Below are positions 29,509 through 38,510 of a DNA stretch of 64,000 nt, one piece after another; positions within the stretch are counted from its first letter, which is position 1, and each line of letters opens with the position of its first letter. Both the position numbers and the translations under genes were made by a program. The stretch comes from an uncultured Burkholderiales bacterium (GTDB lineage Bacteria; Pseudomonadota; Gammaproteobacteria; Burkholderiales; Burkholderiaceae_A), in the NCBI GenBank assembly GCA_937864175.1, contig CALMJH010000056.1:20880-84879 (forward strand). The letters are read 5' to 3'. The notes under the pieces are model-generated. The model did not search any database. It saw only the letters and a program-made list of their open reading frames with translations, and was not told the DNA's origin.

Positions 29509-30466
29509 TCTCGCCAGGCAGACCCAGTCGGGTCGAGGCCGTAAAGCCCACATGTCCCCCGTGCCAGGGCTGGCAGAGTTCGACGGCCTGACTCACCTGA
29601 TCAGCCCTGGGAAGGCTTGTGGCGGGGACCAGGGGGTCGTTGTGGGCATTGATCAGAAGACTCGGTACCGCCAACTGCCCCAACCAGGCCTTGGCGGAGG
29701 CCCTACACCAGTAATCATCGACGCCCCGGTAGCCATGTAGCGGAGCAGTAAAGGCATCATCAAACTCTCGGAGTGTCCTGGCGCGAAGGACACGGTCAAG
29801 ATCAAAGAGGCCAGGATATTGACCAGCCTTCAGCAGGGCCTTTTGTTTCATGGTCGAGAGAAACAGTTGCCCGTATATGAGGCGATTCACTCCATGGTCA
29901 ATGGCCTGGCCAGATGCGGACAGGTCAAAGGGTGCTGAGACCGCTATAAGCGAATCGAGCCATGCACCAGCGTCGGGCCCGCGCTCACCGGCCCAGCGAG
30001 CCAGGGCATTTCCACCCAATGAGACCCCAATCGCCGTCAAGGGCCCGCGGCCCCCGTCAATCCGCCGCAGGTCCTGTCTAATCGACGTCAGGGCGAATTC
30101 AATGTCCTGAATGTCACCCGCAAAATAGGCCCTCGGTGCCAGGTTTATCTCTCCCGAACATCCGCGAAAGTGCACGACCACGCAGCGCCACCCTCGAAGG
30201 TCGCAGACGCTGGCTAAGGCCTGGGCATAGCCACTTCGGGAGGAGCCCTCAAGGCCATGAAACATGACCAGGGTCGGTGCATTTGGTGCGGTGGCATCCA
30301 CCCAATCAAGGTCAAGGAAGTCTTGATCTGGTGTCTGGATTCGCTGTCGTCGAAAACGAAGAGAGGGATTGATTCGGCATCTGGCCAAGAGGGCTGGGTA
30401 GAGCGTCTCTAGATGGGAGCCCCTAAGCCAGGGGGCCAGCGTTGGGAGACAGTAAGACGGTTGCAT
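29450..30466 (-). CDS. YheT-family alpha/beta hydrolase
   Basis: GSHLETL, TPDQDFLDLDW, FHGLEGSS, HFRGCSG, GVSLGGN, LREFDDAFTAPLHG, NAHNDP, GGHVGF. Confidence 0.85.
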   Translation of the reverse strand: MQPSYCLPTLAPWLRGSHLETLYPALLARCRINPSLRFRRQRIQTPDQDFLDLDWVDATAPNAPTLVMFHGLEGSSRSGYAQALASVCDLRGWRCVVVHFRGCSGEINLAPRAYFAGDIQDIEFALTSIRQDLRRIDGGRGPLTAIGVSLGGNALARWAGERGPDAGAWLDSLIAVSAPFDLSASGQAIDHGVNRLIYGQLFLSTMKQKALLKAGQYPGLFDLDRVLRARTLREFDDAFTAPLHGYRGVDDYWCRASAKAWLGQLAVPSLLINAHNDPLVPATSLPRADQVSQAVELCQPWHGGHVGFTASTRLGLPGEIISFAQSLCRWAAGTWLRS

Positions 30467-30485
30467 AACCCTGCCAGACGGCCCT

Positions 30486-30986
30486 TCACTCAGAGGTGGG
30501 ACCGGCCTGCCCAAGAAGTGGCAGCAGATCCCGTTCGATCCGAACCACAGAGTCGACGGAGCCATACCGCCTGACTACCCGGCCTCCTCGATCGACCAGA
30601 AACTTGGTGAAGTTCCATTTAATCGCCGAGCTGCCCATGAAACCCGGTGCCTCAGCCCTCAGAAAGCGGTACAACGGATGGGTGCCTGGTCCATTGACTG
30701 CGCACTTCTCAAAGAGCGGAAAACTCACCCCAAAATTCATCTCACAGAAAGACGCAATGTCAGTCGCCGTTCCGGGCTCCTGACCCCCAAACTGGTTACA
30801 GGGAAAGCCCATGACCGTAAGGCCCTGGTCTGCAAGCTTCTGATAGAGCGCTTGAAGTGGCTGGTACTGGGGCGTAAAACCGCACTGACTGGCCACGTTG
30901 ACGATCAGCAAGACCCTACCCCTGTAATCGGTCAGATTTTCCACACGGCCATCAAGGCGAATCAACGGAATATTGGGCAGGCTCAT
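30486..30986 (-). CDS. Glutathione peroxidase (Cys-type, BtuE/Gpx family)
   Basis: VNVASQCGFTPQY, GFPCNQFGGQEPG, IKWNFTKFLVDR. Confidence 0.95.
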   Translation of the reverse strand: MSLPNIPLIRLDGRVENLTDYRGRVLLIVNVASQCGFTPQYQPLQALYQKLADQGLTVMGFPCNQFGGQEPGTATDIASFCEMNFGVSFPLFEKCAVNGPGTHPLYRFLRAEAPGFMGSSAIKWNFTKFLVDRGGRVVRRYGSVDSVVRIERDLLPLLGQAGPTSE

Positions 30987-31027
30987 ATCATTCAAAGTGT
31001 GCCCCAAATTGCAATACAACTCCCGTC

Positions 31028-31507
31028 ATGTTCTCAAAACCATCACGCCTGCTGTTACTGACCCTGACCTTGGGTCTAGTAAGCCCCTCTGTCCTAGCCT
31101 CTCTCTGGACGTCGTCACCGAAGGATCTACTAAAGCCCACTGACGCCAACATCATCAGTAAGGGTCAACAGGTCTATGACATGAGTTGTGCAGCCTGTCA
31201 CGGCAGTAAGCTCCAAGGTCAGTTCAACTGGCAGAGCCGAGACGCAAGGGGTTATTTACCCGCCCCGCCACATGACCCCAGCGGCCACACCTGGCACCAC
31301 CCAAGTGAGCAGTTGTTCAACATGGTGAAGTTCGGCATCCAGCATTACGCCGGAGCCAACTACAAAAGCCACATGCCCAAGTTCGAACGCGCTCTGAGCG
31401 ACGAACAAATTATTGCAGTGCTGTCCTACATCAAAAGCACCTGGCCAAAAGATATTCAAGCCAAGCACGATCAGATCAACCAGCAGGCCCGCAGTCAGAA
31501 AAAATAG
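31028..31507 (+). CDS. Periplasmic c-type cytochrome (monoheme)
   Basis: Signal peptide, CAACHG heme site, APPHDPSGHTWHH motif, distal MP (HMPKF). Confidence 0.88.
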   Translation: MFSKPSRLLLLTLTLGLVSPSVLASLWTSSPKDLLKPTDANIISKGQQVYDMSCAACHGSKLQGQFNWQSRDARGYLPAPPHDPSGHTWHHPSEQLFNMVKFGIQHYAGANYKSHMPKFERALSDEQIIAVLSYIKSTWPKDIQAKHDQINQQARSQKK

Positions 31508-31530
31508 CGGCGGATTGATCCGCCCGAGAG

Positions 31531-32364
31531 CTAGACCGCCATTGCCCTTATGGCCCTGGCGATCTCGCTGGCCGGATTGGCCATGGCCTCCAACAGACTG
31601 AAGTGGTCATGGCCGGCGAGCAATTCATGATGAACTTCAGCCAGGCCCGCCTGCACCAGACAATCCCTATACCGCTGGCCCTGCTGCCACCAGAGTTCCG
31701 GCTCTCGAGCCCCAGCATAAAGTGAGGTTGGAATAGCCACGGGATTACAGTGGGCCAGTGGACAAGACTGCGCGGCATCATCCGGCGTTAGGCTAATGGT
31801 TTTGCTGATCTCGGCCGCCGCCCGAGCCTGGGGGTCATAAACGCCGCTGACCAGGATCAGGCCTTTGGGTAGCTGCGGCATTTTGTCGGTGTGTCTGCGT
31901 CCGGCATGCGAGTGAAAGGCCATGGCCAGAAGATGGGCACCGGCAGAGTGGCCAGCCATGACATGGATGCCTTTGCCATCGTGTTCTGTGAGTTGCCGGT
32001 CGATCTCGACCAGACCGGCTGCGGTCTGATCCACCAACTGGGTCAGGCTGAGACTCGGCATCAAGGGGTAGGTCATGGCCACAAAGCACCACCCGGCTTG
32101 CACATAGGCCTGGGCCATAAAGCTGAACTGGTCCTTGTGCCGAGAGAACCAGAAGCCACCGTGGAGGAACAGCACCGTCCCCTTGTGGGTCTGTCCGATT
32201 GCTGGTCGGAAGACGTCGTAGGTCTGCCGCTCGCCGGGTCCGTAGTGATGGTTCAGAGACTGATGCGGCCAGTCTTGTCGGAAGACCAGACTAGATCGCT
32301 CAAACCGATCCATCATCTGTTCGCTGTCGGGCACTGCCGCACGGGGATTAAACCAGTCGACCAT
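31531..32364 (-). CDS. Alpha/beta hydrolase (arylformamidase/esterase-like)
   Basis: HYGPGERQTYDVF, FLHGGFW, AGHSAGAHL, SGVYD, GHDHF. Confidence 0.8.
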   Translation of the reverse strand: MVDWFNPRAAVPDSEQMMDRFERSSLVFRQDWPHQSLNHHYGPGERQTYDVFRPAIGQTHKGTVLFLHGGFWFSRHKDQFSFMAQAYVQAGWCFVAMTYPLMPSLSLTQLVDQTAAGLVEIDRQLTEHDGKGIHVMAGHSAGAHLLAMAFHSHAGRRHTDKMPQLPKGLILVSGVYDPQARAAAEISKTISLTPDDAAQSCPLAHCNPVAIPTSLYAGAREPELWWQQGQRYRDCLVQAGLAEVHHELLAGHDHFSLLEAMANPASEIARAIRAMAV

Positions 32365-33760
32365 GTCGCATCCACCTTCCTGAAAACCAACGCCAACCCA
32401 GAACGCCTGCTAGCAGCGCAATGTAGAGCAAGGCAGCGAACCAGCCTCCGGCCGCTCCCCATCCCAGTCCCGGCAGATCGAACCAGCCCTGACCGCGTTC
32501 AAAGGAGAACAAGTAACTAAGCGGGACAAACAAACCCCATGACATGGAGAGCAACAAAATCGCAGGCACGCGGGTGTCACCGGCCCCTCGCAGGCAGAAG
32601 ACCGACCCAAGATGGACTCCATCAAAGACCTGATAGGCCCCCGCAATCCAAGCCAGGGTGACCCCAAGGGCAATCACCGCTGGTGCAGTCGGGTCGGTGG
32701 GGGCCACAAAAAGTCGCATCCAGAACTCGGCAAACAGGGCGAGCAAAATGCCGATGAGCAGCATGTAGGCGGTGGTGAGCGCGACCACCCGATTGCCCAC
32801 CCGACGGGCCCAATCGGGACGCCCTGCCCCAATGGATTGGCCGACCAGGGTGGTGCCTGCCTTACCCAGGCCAACTGCCGGCATATAGGCCACTGAGGTC
32901 AGCATCATTACAATCTGAGTTGCGGCTCCCTGAACCTCTCCCAGTTTGGTCACCATCGCCTGAAAAGCGGCCAGACCCAGCACATCGAAGGCGATCGACA
33001 GCCCGATTGGAAATCCCATGGTGACGATGGCCGCTACGCGGCGCGGCTGGGGCCGCCAGAAACGACGCGAGCGGTACCGCCATCGCATGTTTCCGTTTAA
33101 GAAAATACCCATCGCCAGCAGCCATCCACAGGCCAATGAGGCGGTTGTCGCCCAGGCCACACCACTAACGCCCCAATCAAAACCCCAAATGAACCATGCA
33201 TTGAAGACGGCATTGAGGACAGCGATGACGATATTGACGGTTAAGGCCAGCCGAACCTGTCCAATGGCCATAAAAAATGACAGCACCGCGGTCTGTGCCA
33301 CCGCAATTGGTCCCCCGGCAAACCGTGGGCCCCAATAATCCAGCGCACTCTGTTCAATGCCCGACGGCAAGGCCAGAATGGGGATGAGACTGCCGCCTGC
33401 CCAGACCAGAAGACCAAAGACCGGAATGGTGAGTGCGGCTAGCCAGAGCCCGCTCCAGGCCGAGCGTGCTGCGCGCCCGTATTTGCGGGCCCCATAGGCC
33501 TGGGCGGCATAGGTCTGAACCGCCATGCCCATGCCGGTCACCAGCAGCAGCAGGCCCAGAATCAGCCAGTAGACGCCCCCAACCCCTGCGACCGCCTGAG
33601 AGGAAATTCGACTGACAAACCAGGTGTCGGTGAGATTAAGCACGGCCTGAAGCCCGGCATGCACAAAAAGCGGGAAGGCCATGGCCAAGATGGCCTGAAG
33701 ACTGACCCTGGGCTGGCCGTTTTCGTCCAGACGGCTTGCAGGCAGGGTGTTTTTACGCAT
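32348..33760 (-). CDS. MATE-family efflux transporter
   Basis: About 12 TM segments, LNLTDTWFVSRI, QAYGAR, GVSGVAWAT, GTTLVGQSIGAG, LRGAGDTR. Confidence 0.92.
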   Translation of the reverse strand: MRKNTLPASRLDENGQPRVSLQAILAMAFPLFVHAGLQAVLNLTDTWFVSRISSQAVAGVGGVYWLILGLLLLVTGMGMAVQTYAAQAYGARKYGRAARSAWSGLWLAALTIPVFGLLVWAGGSLIPILALPSGIEQSALDYWGPRFAGGPIAVAQTAVLSFFMAIGQVRLALTVNIVIAVLNAVFNAWFIWGFDWGVSGVAWATTASLACGWLLAMGIFLNGNMRWRYRSRRFWRPQPRRVAAIVTMGFPIGLSIAFDVLGLAAFQAMVTKLGEVQGAATQIVMMLTSVAYMPAVGLGKAGTTLVGQSIGAGRPDWARRVGNRVVALTTAYMLLIGILLALFAEFWMRLFVAPTDPTAPAVIALGVTLAWIAGAYQVFDGVHLGSVFCLRGAGDTRVPAILLLSMSWGLFVPLSYLFSFERGQGWFDLPGLGWGAAGGWFAALLYIALLAGVLGWRWFSGRWMRHGRLV

Positions 33761-33795
33761 CCCCTAGTGTAACGGGCACGCGTATCCTCCCGGTT

Positions 33796-33987
33796 ATGGC
33801 TGAGATCGTCTGTTACTGCAACGGCGTCTGGGACGAGGACCTGCAGGAATTTCTACGCGAGAACTGGATCGACACCCTGGAGGAGCTCACCTCTCGGGAG
33901 CGAATCTGCAACAACTGTCGTCAGTGTGAGCCACTGGTGCTCGCTGAGATCGAGAAGGCCAAGGCGGCCAGGAGTCGCCCAGACTGA
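33796..33987 (+). CDS. BFD-like (2Fe-2S)-binding protein
   Basis: MAEIVCYCNGV...ICNNCRQCEP; CxC...CxxC pattern, 63 aa from ATG 33796. Confidence 0.7.
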   Translation: MAEIVCYCNGVWDEDLQEFLRENWIDTLEELTSRERICNNCRQCEPLVLAEIEKAKAARSRPD

Positions 33988-34059
33988 TCGGCCTTTGACC
34001 CTCATCAAGGTCTTCATCAGGAGTTCTTCCGACAATAGAGGCATCAAAGGGAGAACGCT

Positions 34060-34203
34060 ATGAAACTCTTGCAAGACCTGTTCGGTACCGACTACGGCGC
34101 AATGAGCCTGGTCGTGATCGTCATTGCGATTGTGATGCCCATCTACATTGGTCGCTGGGTCCGCCGTCAGATCGCTGAGTCAGAGAAAAACGCCCAGAAA
34201 TAA
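34060..34203 (+). CDS. Small membrane protein, DUF3149-like, 47 aa (not in ORF track)
   Basis: MKLLQDLFGTDYGAMSLVVIVIAIVMPIYIGRWVRRQIAESEKNAQK*; GGGAG SD; DLFxTDYG start plus one TM helix. Confidence 0.8.
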   Translation: MKLLQDLFGTDYGAMSLVVIVIAIVMPIYIGRWVRRQIAESEKNAQK

Positions 34204-34294
34204 AGCTGGTCGGGGTGACAGCGCTTAAGACACTTCGAAGAATGCTGCAAACCACTTAAGACTTCTGGCTTGTGTAGGCGCTAAACTAATTGGC

Positions 34295-34822
34295 GTGACT
34301 AGGCTACTCGCCAAATGGCTGATTGTGTTGTCGGTCCTGCTATTGGCCTTTGGCCTGCAGGCCGCTGAGATTATTGGGAAAGTCATCGCGGTGTCCGACG
34401 GAGACACCATTACGGTCCTAGCCCCCGGTAATCGGCCCACCAAAGTGCGACTAGCCGGGATTGACGCGCCAGAGCGCAGCCAGCCTTTCGGACAGAAGAG
34501 TCGCCAACACCTCGCTGACTTGGTCTTTGGCAAAGAGGTTCGTGTGAGCGTCGTCGACAAAGACCGATATGGCCGAGTGGTGGGCATCGTCTATGTGCCC
34601 AAGGCCATCCCGAACGGGGAAATCATCATCGATGTCGATCTCGCTCAGATTGAATCGGGCCACGCCTGGGCCTACCGTGACTATCTCCGGGGGCTGCCCT
34701 CTGGCAAGGCTGGACGTTATTTATCAGCCGAGAGAGATGCAAAAGAAAAACGGCAGGGACTCTGGGTGGATAAGAACCCAGAACCACCCTGGGATTGGCG
34801 CAAGGAGCAGCGCAGGCGTTAA
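34295..34822 (+). CDS. Thermonuclease (SNase) family protein
   Basis: Signal peptide, VSDGDTI, VRLAGIDAPE, DKDRYGR, GHAWAY, RQGLW, EPPWDWR. Confidence 0.92.
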   Translation: MTRLLAKWLIVLSVLLLAFGLQAAEIIGKVIAVSDGDTITVLAPGNRPTKVRLAGIDAPERSQPFGQKSRQHLADLVFGKEVRVSVVDKDRYGRVVGIVYVPKAIPNGEIIIDVDLAQIESGHAWAYRDYLRGLPSGKAGRYLSAERDAKEKRQGLWVDKNPEPPWDWRKEQRRR

Positions 34823-34867
34823 TGACCCCAATTCGGGATAAGCACGCACCTTGTAAACAGGAACTTC

Positions 34868-35617
34868 ATGAAAAATCGAGTCATCCTCTTCCTTCTTGCA
34901 ATTTCCATGTTGTCCGGTGCAACCCGGGCTAGCGGCGTTATCGATGTGCCCTCCAGTCTTGGAGAGCCCACTCGAACCCTACTGGTCTCGGTTCCAGAAC
35001 CAAGGGCTACAGTCTTGCTGTACATCGGCGGCGATGGTCGTCTTCGTCTCACTGAGGATGGTCGAACCAGCCACGGCCACACCTTTGTTCGGTCACTTCA
35101 TCTCTGGTCAGCACACCACATCAACGCAGTACTCGTTGACACTCCTTTCGACCTAGGGAACGCTATGCGTGGCCATAAGCGGGGAACGCAGGAGCATCTC
35201 TCCAGAGTTGCAGAGGTCATCTCCCACTACTCCAAAAACTCCTCCACACCGGTCTGGATTTTCGGTCACAGCATGGGGACCTCCACCGTGGCAGCCTTTC
35301 TGAGCTCTGAAAAGCCTGAAATTAGCCGGTTGCGAGGCTACATTGTCGCGGGCACACACAAGGGCGAAACCATCCCAACATCGACTAAGATCCCCGTCAT
35401 GGCAATCCACCACAAAAAAGAGGCCTGCGAGGCAACACCAATTGAGGCCTCTGAGGCGATCGTCAACACAAGGTCAAGCGACACGCCGAAGGCTTTGGTT
35501 TTGCTTGATGGTGGTCTAAATGAGGGCCACCGCTGCCAGGCCAGGGCCTATCACGGGTTTTATGGCATTGAAAACGAACTGATCAATACGGCCGCCTCGT
35601 TCGTTCTTAAGCATTAG
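34868..35617 (+). CDS. Secreted alpha/beta hydrolase of unknown function
   Basis: Signal peptide, LLYIGGDG, VWIFGHSMGT elbow, HHKKEAC, C-terminal YHGF. Confidence 0.75.
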   Translation: MKNRVILFLLAISMLSGATRASGVIDVPSSLGEPTRTLLVSVPEPRATVLLYIGGDGRLRLTEDGRTSHGHTFVRSLHLWSAHHINAVLVDTPFDLGNAMRGHKRGTQEHLSRVAEVISHYSKNSSTPVWIFGHSMGTSTVAAFLSSEKPEISRLRGYIVAGTHKGETIPTSTKIPVMAIHHKKEACEATPIEASEAIVNTRSSDTPKALVLLDGGLNEGHRCQARAYHGFYGIENELINTAASFVLKH

Positions 35618-35632
35618 GGAGTGAAAGAAATT

Positions 35633-35722
35633 TGGCGGAGGCGGTGAGATTCGAACTCACGGAGAGGTTGCCCCCTCGCCGGTTTTCAAGACCGGTGCAT
35701 TCAACCGCTCTGCCACACCTCC
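35633..35722 (-). tRNA. tRNA-Ser (TGA)
   Basis: Reverse complement GGAGGTGTGGCAGAGCGGTTGAATGCACCGGTCTTGAAAACCGGCGAGGGGGCAACCTCTCCGTGAGTTCGAATCTCACCGCCTCCGCCA; 90 nt with long variable arm. Confidence 0.97.
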
Positions 35723-35733
35723 GAGTGGGCAAA

Positions 35734-35742
35734 AGTATAGCA
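35734..35742 (-). promoter_or_regulatory. Extended -10 promoter for tRNA-Ser
   Basis: TGcTATACT 11 nt upstream of the tRNA 5' end. Confidence 0.55.
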
Positions 35743-35844
35743 GGATCATGTGGTTAGACTGATTGAAAAGTGGTCGGTGCAACTGGCCGGTCTGACTTTG
35801 TAGTTGCCTAGGATGTTTTTTTTAAACCGCGAGAGGAGACAGTT

Positions 35845-36414
35845 GTGTCAGACGCCCCCGAAATTGATAACGATTTGATCAACGATCCCTTTAAAACTCG
35901 ATGCGCTCTTCTCGTGTCCGTGTTGGCACTGGTTTTGGCTGTCGCGAGTTTAGGAGGGAGCAATGCAGCGAAGGAGGCCACCATGGAAAATATTCTGGCG
36001 GCAAATGCATACAATTTTTATCAAGCCAAAAATCAACGCCAGACCGCCTACAAAATCGCAGCAGATGACCTAGAGCTGCAACTCAAGGGAGGGCGAGTCC
36101 CAACTGAGGCGCGGCAAGCGGCTGAGAAAAAGTTGGCAGACTATCAAAAAAACATAGCCCGCTATGAGTCCGAGCCCGAGACCGGTGAGGGTAAAAAAGA
36201 ATTAATGCAGAAGGCCAAAGCACATGAGAACAGGCGCGATGAGGCCCTCGATCGAGACCCTTGGTTTGACTATGCAGAGGCGCTGCTTCAGATCGGCATT
36301 GTGCTGACATCGGTGGCCATCATCACGGGCAGGCGAACGTTTTTTAATGTCTCCGCTGTCCTTGGCACAGTGGGAGTGCTCTCGACGCTAAACGGTTACC
36401 TACTTTTTGTGTGA
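35845..36414 (+). CDS. DUF4337-like membrane protein
   Basis: N-terminal TM, YNFYQAKN, central coiled coil, DPWFDYAEALLQIGIVLTSVAII C-terminal TMs; GAGGAG SD with GTG. Confidence 0.75.
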   Translation: MSDAPEIDNDLINDPFKTRCALLVSVLALVLAVASLGGSNAAKEATMENILAANAYNFYQAKNQRQTAYKIAADDLELQLKGGRVPTEARQAAEKKLADYQKNIARYESEPETGEGKKELMQKAKAHENRRDEALDRDPWFDYAEALLQIGIVLTSVAIITGRRTFFNVSAVLGTVGVLSTLNGYLLFV

Positions 36415-36444
36415 GTCGAGAGTCGCAAGGAACCACCTCCTAGC

Positions 36445-37371
36445 ATGTCGACTCCGGCCCAGCATCCCGCTCCATGCATTGCCCTGGCTGGCTCGACCGG
36501 CACCATCGGCCAGGCAGTCCACCGCGAACTCCTGCGACGGGGATACGCCGTACATGAACTAGGACGGGCCCCCTTTAAGCTGCCCTCCGGTTGCCAGACC
36601 GTCATCTCTTGTATGGCCTCACGCACCGGCCTTCCAGACGATGCCTGGGCAGTGGACTACCAGGCACAGCGTGACCTCCTGGCCTGCCTGCAACCGGGGC
36701 TATCCGCCAAGGCAGGCCAGGCCCATTTCATCTTGCTCTCGGCCATCTGTGTCCAACGCCCTGCACTTGCCTTCCAAGAAGCAAAGCTGGCCTTTGAGCG
36801 TGAACTGGTGAACAGTGGCCTTCGCTACACCATTGTTCGGCCCACTGCCTTTTTCAAGTCACTGTCCGGCCAGGTTGCACGGGTGCTATCGGGCAAGCCC
36901 TTCATGGTCTTTGGAAATGGGGAGCTGACCCGGTGCAAACCCATCTCGGATAACGACCTGGCGGTCTACCTGGTGGACTGCCTGAACGACTCATCACGAT
37001 GGAGCCAGACCCTGGTTATCGGAGGCCCCGGACCTGCCATTAGCCCCCTGGGTCAGGCGCGACTGCTTGAGCATATCCTTGGTCGACCGGTGCCGGTGCG
37101 GCATGTTCCGCTGTGGTTCATGCGAGGACTCGTCCGCCTGCTCGATGGCCTGGGGCTGGTGGTGCCCGGAGCGTGCAAAAAAGCCATGTTGGCCCGTATC
37201 GGTCTTTACTACGCCACGGAGTCGATGTTGGTCTGGAATCCAACAGAGCAGCGCTACAGCGACCAGCAGACCCCCGAGTTCGGTCAAGACCGGCTGGAGG
37301 ACCACTACAAAGACTTGATCAGCGGAGGAGCCCAGGCAGAGCTGGGCTCTCACGCAGTCTTCAAAAACTAA
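36445..37371 (+). CDS. bciA: Divinyl (proto)chlorophyllide a 8-vinyl reductase, NADPH-dependent (BciA type)
   Basis: GSTGTIG Rossmann, [23 protein letters not shown]...[72 protein letters not shown]. Confidence 0.8.
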   Translation: MSTPAQHPAPCIALAGSTGTIGQAVHRELLRRGYAVHELGRAPFKLPSGCQTVISCMASRTGLPDDAWAVDYQAQRDLLACLQPGLSAKAGQAHFILLSAICVQRPALAFQEAKLAFERELVNSGLRYTIVRPTAFFKSLSGQVARVLSGKPFMVFGNGELTRCKPISDNDLAVYLVDCLNDSSRWSQTLVIGGPGPAISPLGQARLLEHILGRPVPVRHVPLWFMRGLVRLLDGLGLVVPGACKKAMLARIGLYYATESMLVWNPTEQRYSDQQTPEFGQDRLEDHYKDLISGGAQAELGSHAVFKN

Positions 37372-37820
37372 CGAACGCCCAAGAGCTCGACATCAAACAT
37401 CAGGGTGGCGTTGGGAGGAATCACCCCGCCGGCCCCGCGTGCACCGTAGCCCATGTCACTGGGAATAACCAGGGTGCGCTTGCCTCCCACCTTCATACCG
37501 GCAAAGCCCTTGTCCCAGCCGGCAATCACGCGGCCCGCTCCCAGTGGGAATGAAAACGGCTGACCACGGTCCACCGAGCTGTCAAACTTCTTGCCCTTTC
37601 CATCTGCCTTGCTGGGGTCAAACAGCCAGCCCGTGTAATGGACGCTGACCTGCTGGCCCGGCTTGGCCTCATCGCCCTTGCCGACCGAACGGTCAATGGT
37701 GACGAGCTGCGTGACCGGACCTGTAGGCAGGCCGCCAGCGGCCTCTGCCTGCTCACTCATCGCCAGGGTGACAACCGACCCCATGGCCAAGACGGACAGA
37801 AAACGACTCCAATTTCGCAT
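37368..37820 (-). CDS. FKBP-type peptidyl-prolyl isomerase with signal peptide
   Basis: [60 protein letters not shown]. Confidence 0.95.
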   Translation of the reverse strand: MRNWSRFLSVLAMGSVVTLAMSEQAEAAGGLPTGPVTQLVTIDRSVGKGDEAKPGQQVSVHYTGWLFDPSKADGKGKKFDSSVDRGQPFSFPLGAGRVIAGWDKGFAGMKVGGKRTLVIPSDMGYGARGAGGVIPPNATLMFDVELLGVR

Positions 37821-37847
37821 GGTCCTTCTCCTTTTAAAAAGTGGTTT

Positions 37848-38510
37848 CTACGATGCGGGTCTCTTGGATGCGGCAGACCGTTTAAGCCAGGCTGCCTTTG
37901 CCAAGATCCAGACGGCTGGCAGACCAGGAATCACGATCATGGCCAAGGCAACCAACGAGAAATTCTGCTTCACCCACGGATGCTCCCCGACGAGGTAGCC
38001 AAGCGTGGTGAGACTTCCCACCCAGATGACGGCCCCAAGCACGTTGTAGGTCGCAAAACGTGGGTAGGACATCTGTGCGACACCCGCGACAAACGGGACA
38101 AATGTACGAACAAAGGGAAGGAAGCGCCCCAAGACGATGGCCATTGGGCCATGCCGCTCATAAAAAGCATGGGTCTTGTCGAAAGCCTCGCGGTTAAAAA
38201 ACCGGGAACTCTCCCACGAAAAGACCTTCTCGCCGACTCGCCAGCCAATCGCGTAGTTCACCGCATCGCCAATCACTGCTGCTGCAATGAGTACCGCGAT
38301 GAGAACGGGCAGGCTCATGCCACCGACAGCAGCAATGGCCCCCGCCACAAACAGCAGCGAGTCTCCTGGCAGAAAAGGCATCACCACTAGGCCGGTCTCG
38401 ACAAAAATAATGGCAAACAAGAGTGCGTAGATCCACGGACCCCACATCTGCACCGCCACGGCCAGGTGCTTGTCTAGATGAAAAAAGAGGTCGAGAAGGT
38501 CAATGCCCAT
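37848..38510 (-). CDS. DedA-family membrane protein
   Basis: IIFVETGLVVMPFLPGDSLLF, GDAVNY, GRFLPFVRTFVPFVAG. Confidence 0.93.
   Translation of the reverse strand: MGIDLLDLFFHLDKHLAVAVQMWGPWIYALLFAIIFVETGLVVMPFLPGDSLLFVAGAIAAVGGMSLPVLIAVLIAAAVIGDAVNYAIGWRVGEKVFSWESSRFFNREAFDKTHAFYERHGPMAIVLGRFLPFVRTFVPFVAGVAQMSYPRFATYNVLGAVIWVGSLTTLGYLVGEHPWVKQNFSLVALAMIVIPGLPAVWILAKAAWLKRSAASKRPAS

Noticed and set aside
30486-30986. Selenocysteine in the glutathione peroxidase
   Set aside because: The catalytic position is a normal Cys (NVASQCG) with no in-frame TGA.
30987-31027. A fourth bidirectional leaderless promoter between gpx and the cytochrome c
   Set aside because: Candidates (TACAAC, CACACT) miss conserved -10 positions or spacing, so it was not counted.
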